A stretch of DNA of 64,000 bases from Tagaea sp. GTDB lineage: Bacteria > Pseudomonadota > Alphaproteobacteria > CACIAM-22H2. Location of the stretch: contig CBDIIB010000005.1 of assembly GCA_965279525.1 (NCBI GenBank), forward strand, positions 1,504,001 to 1,568,000, written 5' to 3'. The translations under genes were made by a program, and so were the position numbers. The notes under the pieces are model-generated. The model saw only the letters and a list, made by a program, of their open reading frames with translations. It searched no databases and was not told the DNA's origin. Below are positions 62,765-64,000 of this stretch, in pieces. Position 1 is the stretch's first letter. Every line of letters starts with the position of its first letter.

Positions 62765-64000
62765 TCAGGCCACCCATTCGCTGACAGGGGCTTTCGCCTC
62801 GTGCAGCGGCTGGCAGATCACGTCGACCAAAGTCGGGCCGCCGTGCGCGAACGCCTCAGCAAGGGTAGCATTGAGTTTCGTCGGATCTTCCACGCGCCAG
62901 CTCCTGATGCCGAACGCGGCCGCGACGGCCGCATGGTCGGTCCGGTTGAAATCGACCGAGAAATAACGCCCGCCATAGCCGGTCTTCTGCCCGGCCTTGA
63001 TCCAGCCATAGACGGCGTTGGACACGACGACGAGCGTGACCGGCAGCCCCAGCCGCGCGATCGTCTCCATCTCGCCGCACGCGAAGCCGAAGCTGCCGTC
63101 GCCCATGACGGCCACGCACTTGGATTGCGGGCGCGCGATGGCGGCGCCGACGACCGCGGGCAGCGAATAGCCAAGGGCCCCGTGCGCGCGGTTCGTCACG
63201 AACCAGCGCCCTGTCCGACGCTTGGGGTAGAACGCCGAGAAATACGGGCACGGCGTGCCCGGGTCGGCGACGATGACGGCATCCTCGGGCAGCAGGGCCG
63301 CCATTTCGGCGACGAGCCGCTCGGGCTTGATCGGCGTGTCGTTGCTCTGTGCCAGCACTTCGAACGCCGCCGCCCGCTCGGCCCGCGCGTTCGCCACGCG
63401 CGATGCGGCATCGCCTGCGTTCTTCGCCTTGCCCAGGGCGGCAACGATGCCGGCAAGTGCGAGCTTCGCGTCGCCCACCACACCGGCCTTGGTCGGATAG
63501 ATGGCCCCGATCACGGCGGGATCGACATCGACATGCACGATGGGCGTGCCCTTGGCCGGGAAGCGCCAGCGCTCGGTCGTGACGGAGCCCGCCCGGCAGC
63601 CGACGAACAGCACGAGATCGGCCGCCTCGACCAACGCGCGCGTCGGCAGCGTCCCGCCGTTCGAGCCGACCACGCCGGCCGACAGCGGATGCGAATCCGC
63701 GATGGAACCCTGGCCCGAGATCGTGACGAGCACGGGGGCGTCGAGCCGTTCGGCCAGCGCCTGCAGTTCGCCCTGCGCGCCCGAGATCACCACGCCGCCG
63801 CCCACGACGATGACGGGGCGCTTCGCTTCCGCCAACGCGCGTGCCGCGCGTTCGATGTCGGCGGGATCGGGTGCCACGCGATGCGAGGGATAGGTGCCGT
63901 GCGCCGGCTCGCCCCACATGTCGGCCTCGTCGACCGGGTCCTTCTGCACGTCGTAGGGCAGGCCCAGATGGACGGCCCCCGGCCGGCCGCTCGTCGCCTC
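62765..64000 (-). CDS. Thiamine pyrophosphate-binding enzyme (acetolactate synthase-like), 5' truncated by window
   Basis: SGRPGAVHLGLPYDV, ADLVLFVG, GALGYSLP, GDGSFG...SN TPP motif. Confidence 0.9.
   Translation of the reverse strand, partial: EATSGRPGAVHLGLPYDVQKDPVDEADMWGEPAHGTYPSHRVAPDPADIERAARALAEAKRPVIVVGGGVVISGAQGELQALAERLDAPVLVTISGQGSIADSHPLSAGVVGSNGGTLPTRALVEAADLVLFVGCRAGSVTTERWRFPAKGTPIVHVDVDPAVIGAIYPTKAGVVGDAKLALAGIVAALGKAKNAGDAASRVANARAERAAAFEVLAQSNDTPIKPERLVAEMAALLPEDAVIVADPGTPCPYFSAFYPKRRTGRWFVTNRAHGALGYSLPAVVGAAIARPQSKCVAVMGDGSFGFACGEMETIARLGLPVTLVVVSNAVYGWIKAGQKTGYGGRYFSVDFNRTDHAAVAAAFGIRSWRVEDPTKLNATLAEAFAHGGPTLVDVICQPLHEAKAPVSEWVA

Overview
High-GC, densely coding chromosome segment from an alphaproteobacterium. 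GcrA, CarD, DUF1127, RpoE-ChrR and the helicase-hslR-fdxA-carD-rpoH gene order point to that class; a Rhodospirillales-like placement is an inference. About 72 CDS and one tRNA-Ala(CGC). No CRISPR array, integrase, transposase or rRNA was seen. Core genes: rlmN, argG, folD, a contiguous ccmA-I operon, acnA, kynU, htpG, fdxA, carD, gcrA and corA. About 17 kb between ccmA and acnA holds an acyl-CoA ligase/ABC transporter operon that is itself split by a YqeB-like gene and a two-ArsR arsenic cluster. The strongest novel signals are regulatory. (1) The same promoter-like motif, CCGAATAAA-N13-CGTT, precedes an ECF sigma gene (56859-56884) and an unannotated, terminator-ended, three-hairpin ~150-nt sRNA candidate 32 kb away (24037-24185); the cognate anti-sigma has a tandemly duplicated N-terminal domain. 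(2) TGATCC-N16-CGTA precedes both rpoE-chrR and rpoH, implying an RpoE to RpoH2 cascade. (3) The gcrA promoter carries NrdR-like boxes, DnaA boxes and three GANTC sites. (4) A phosphatase-fold protein lacking its metal ligands sits just before rpoH. All calls come from reading the sequence and recalled motifs; no searches were run.
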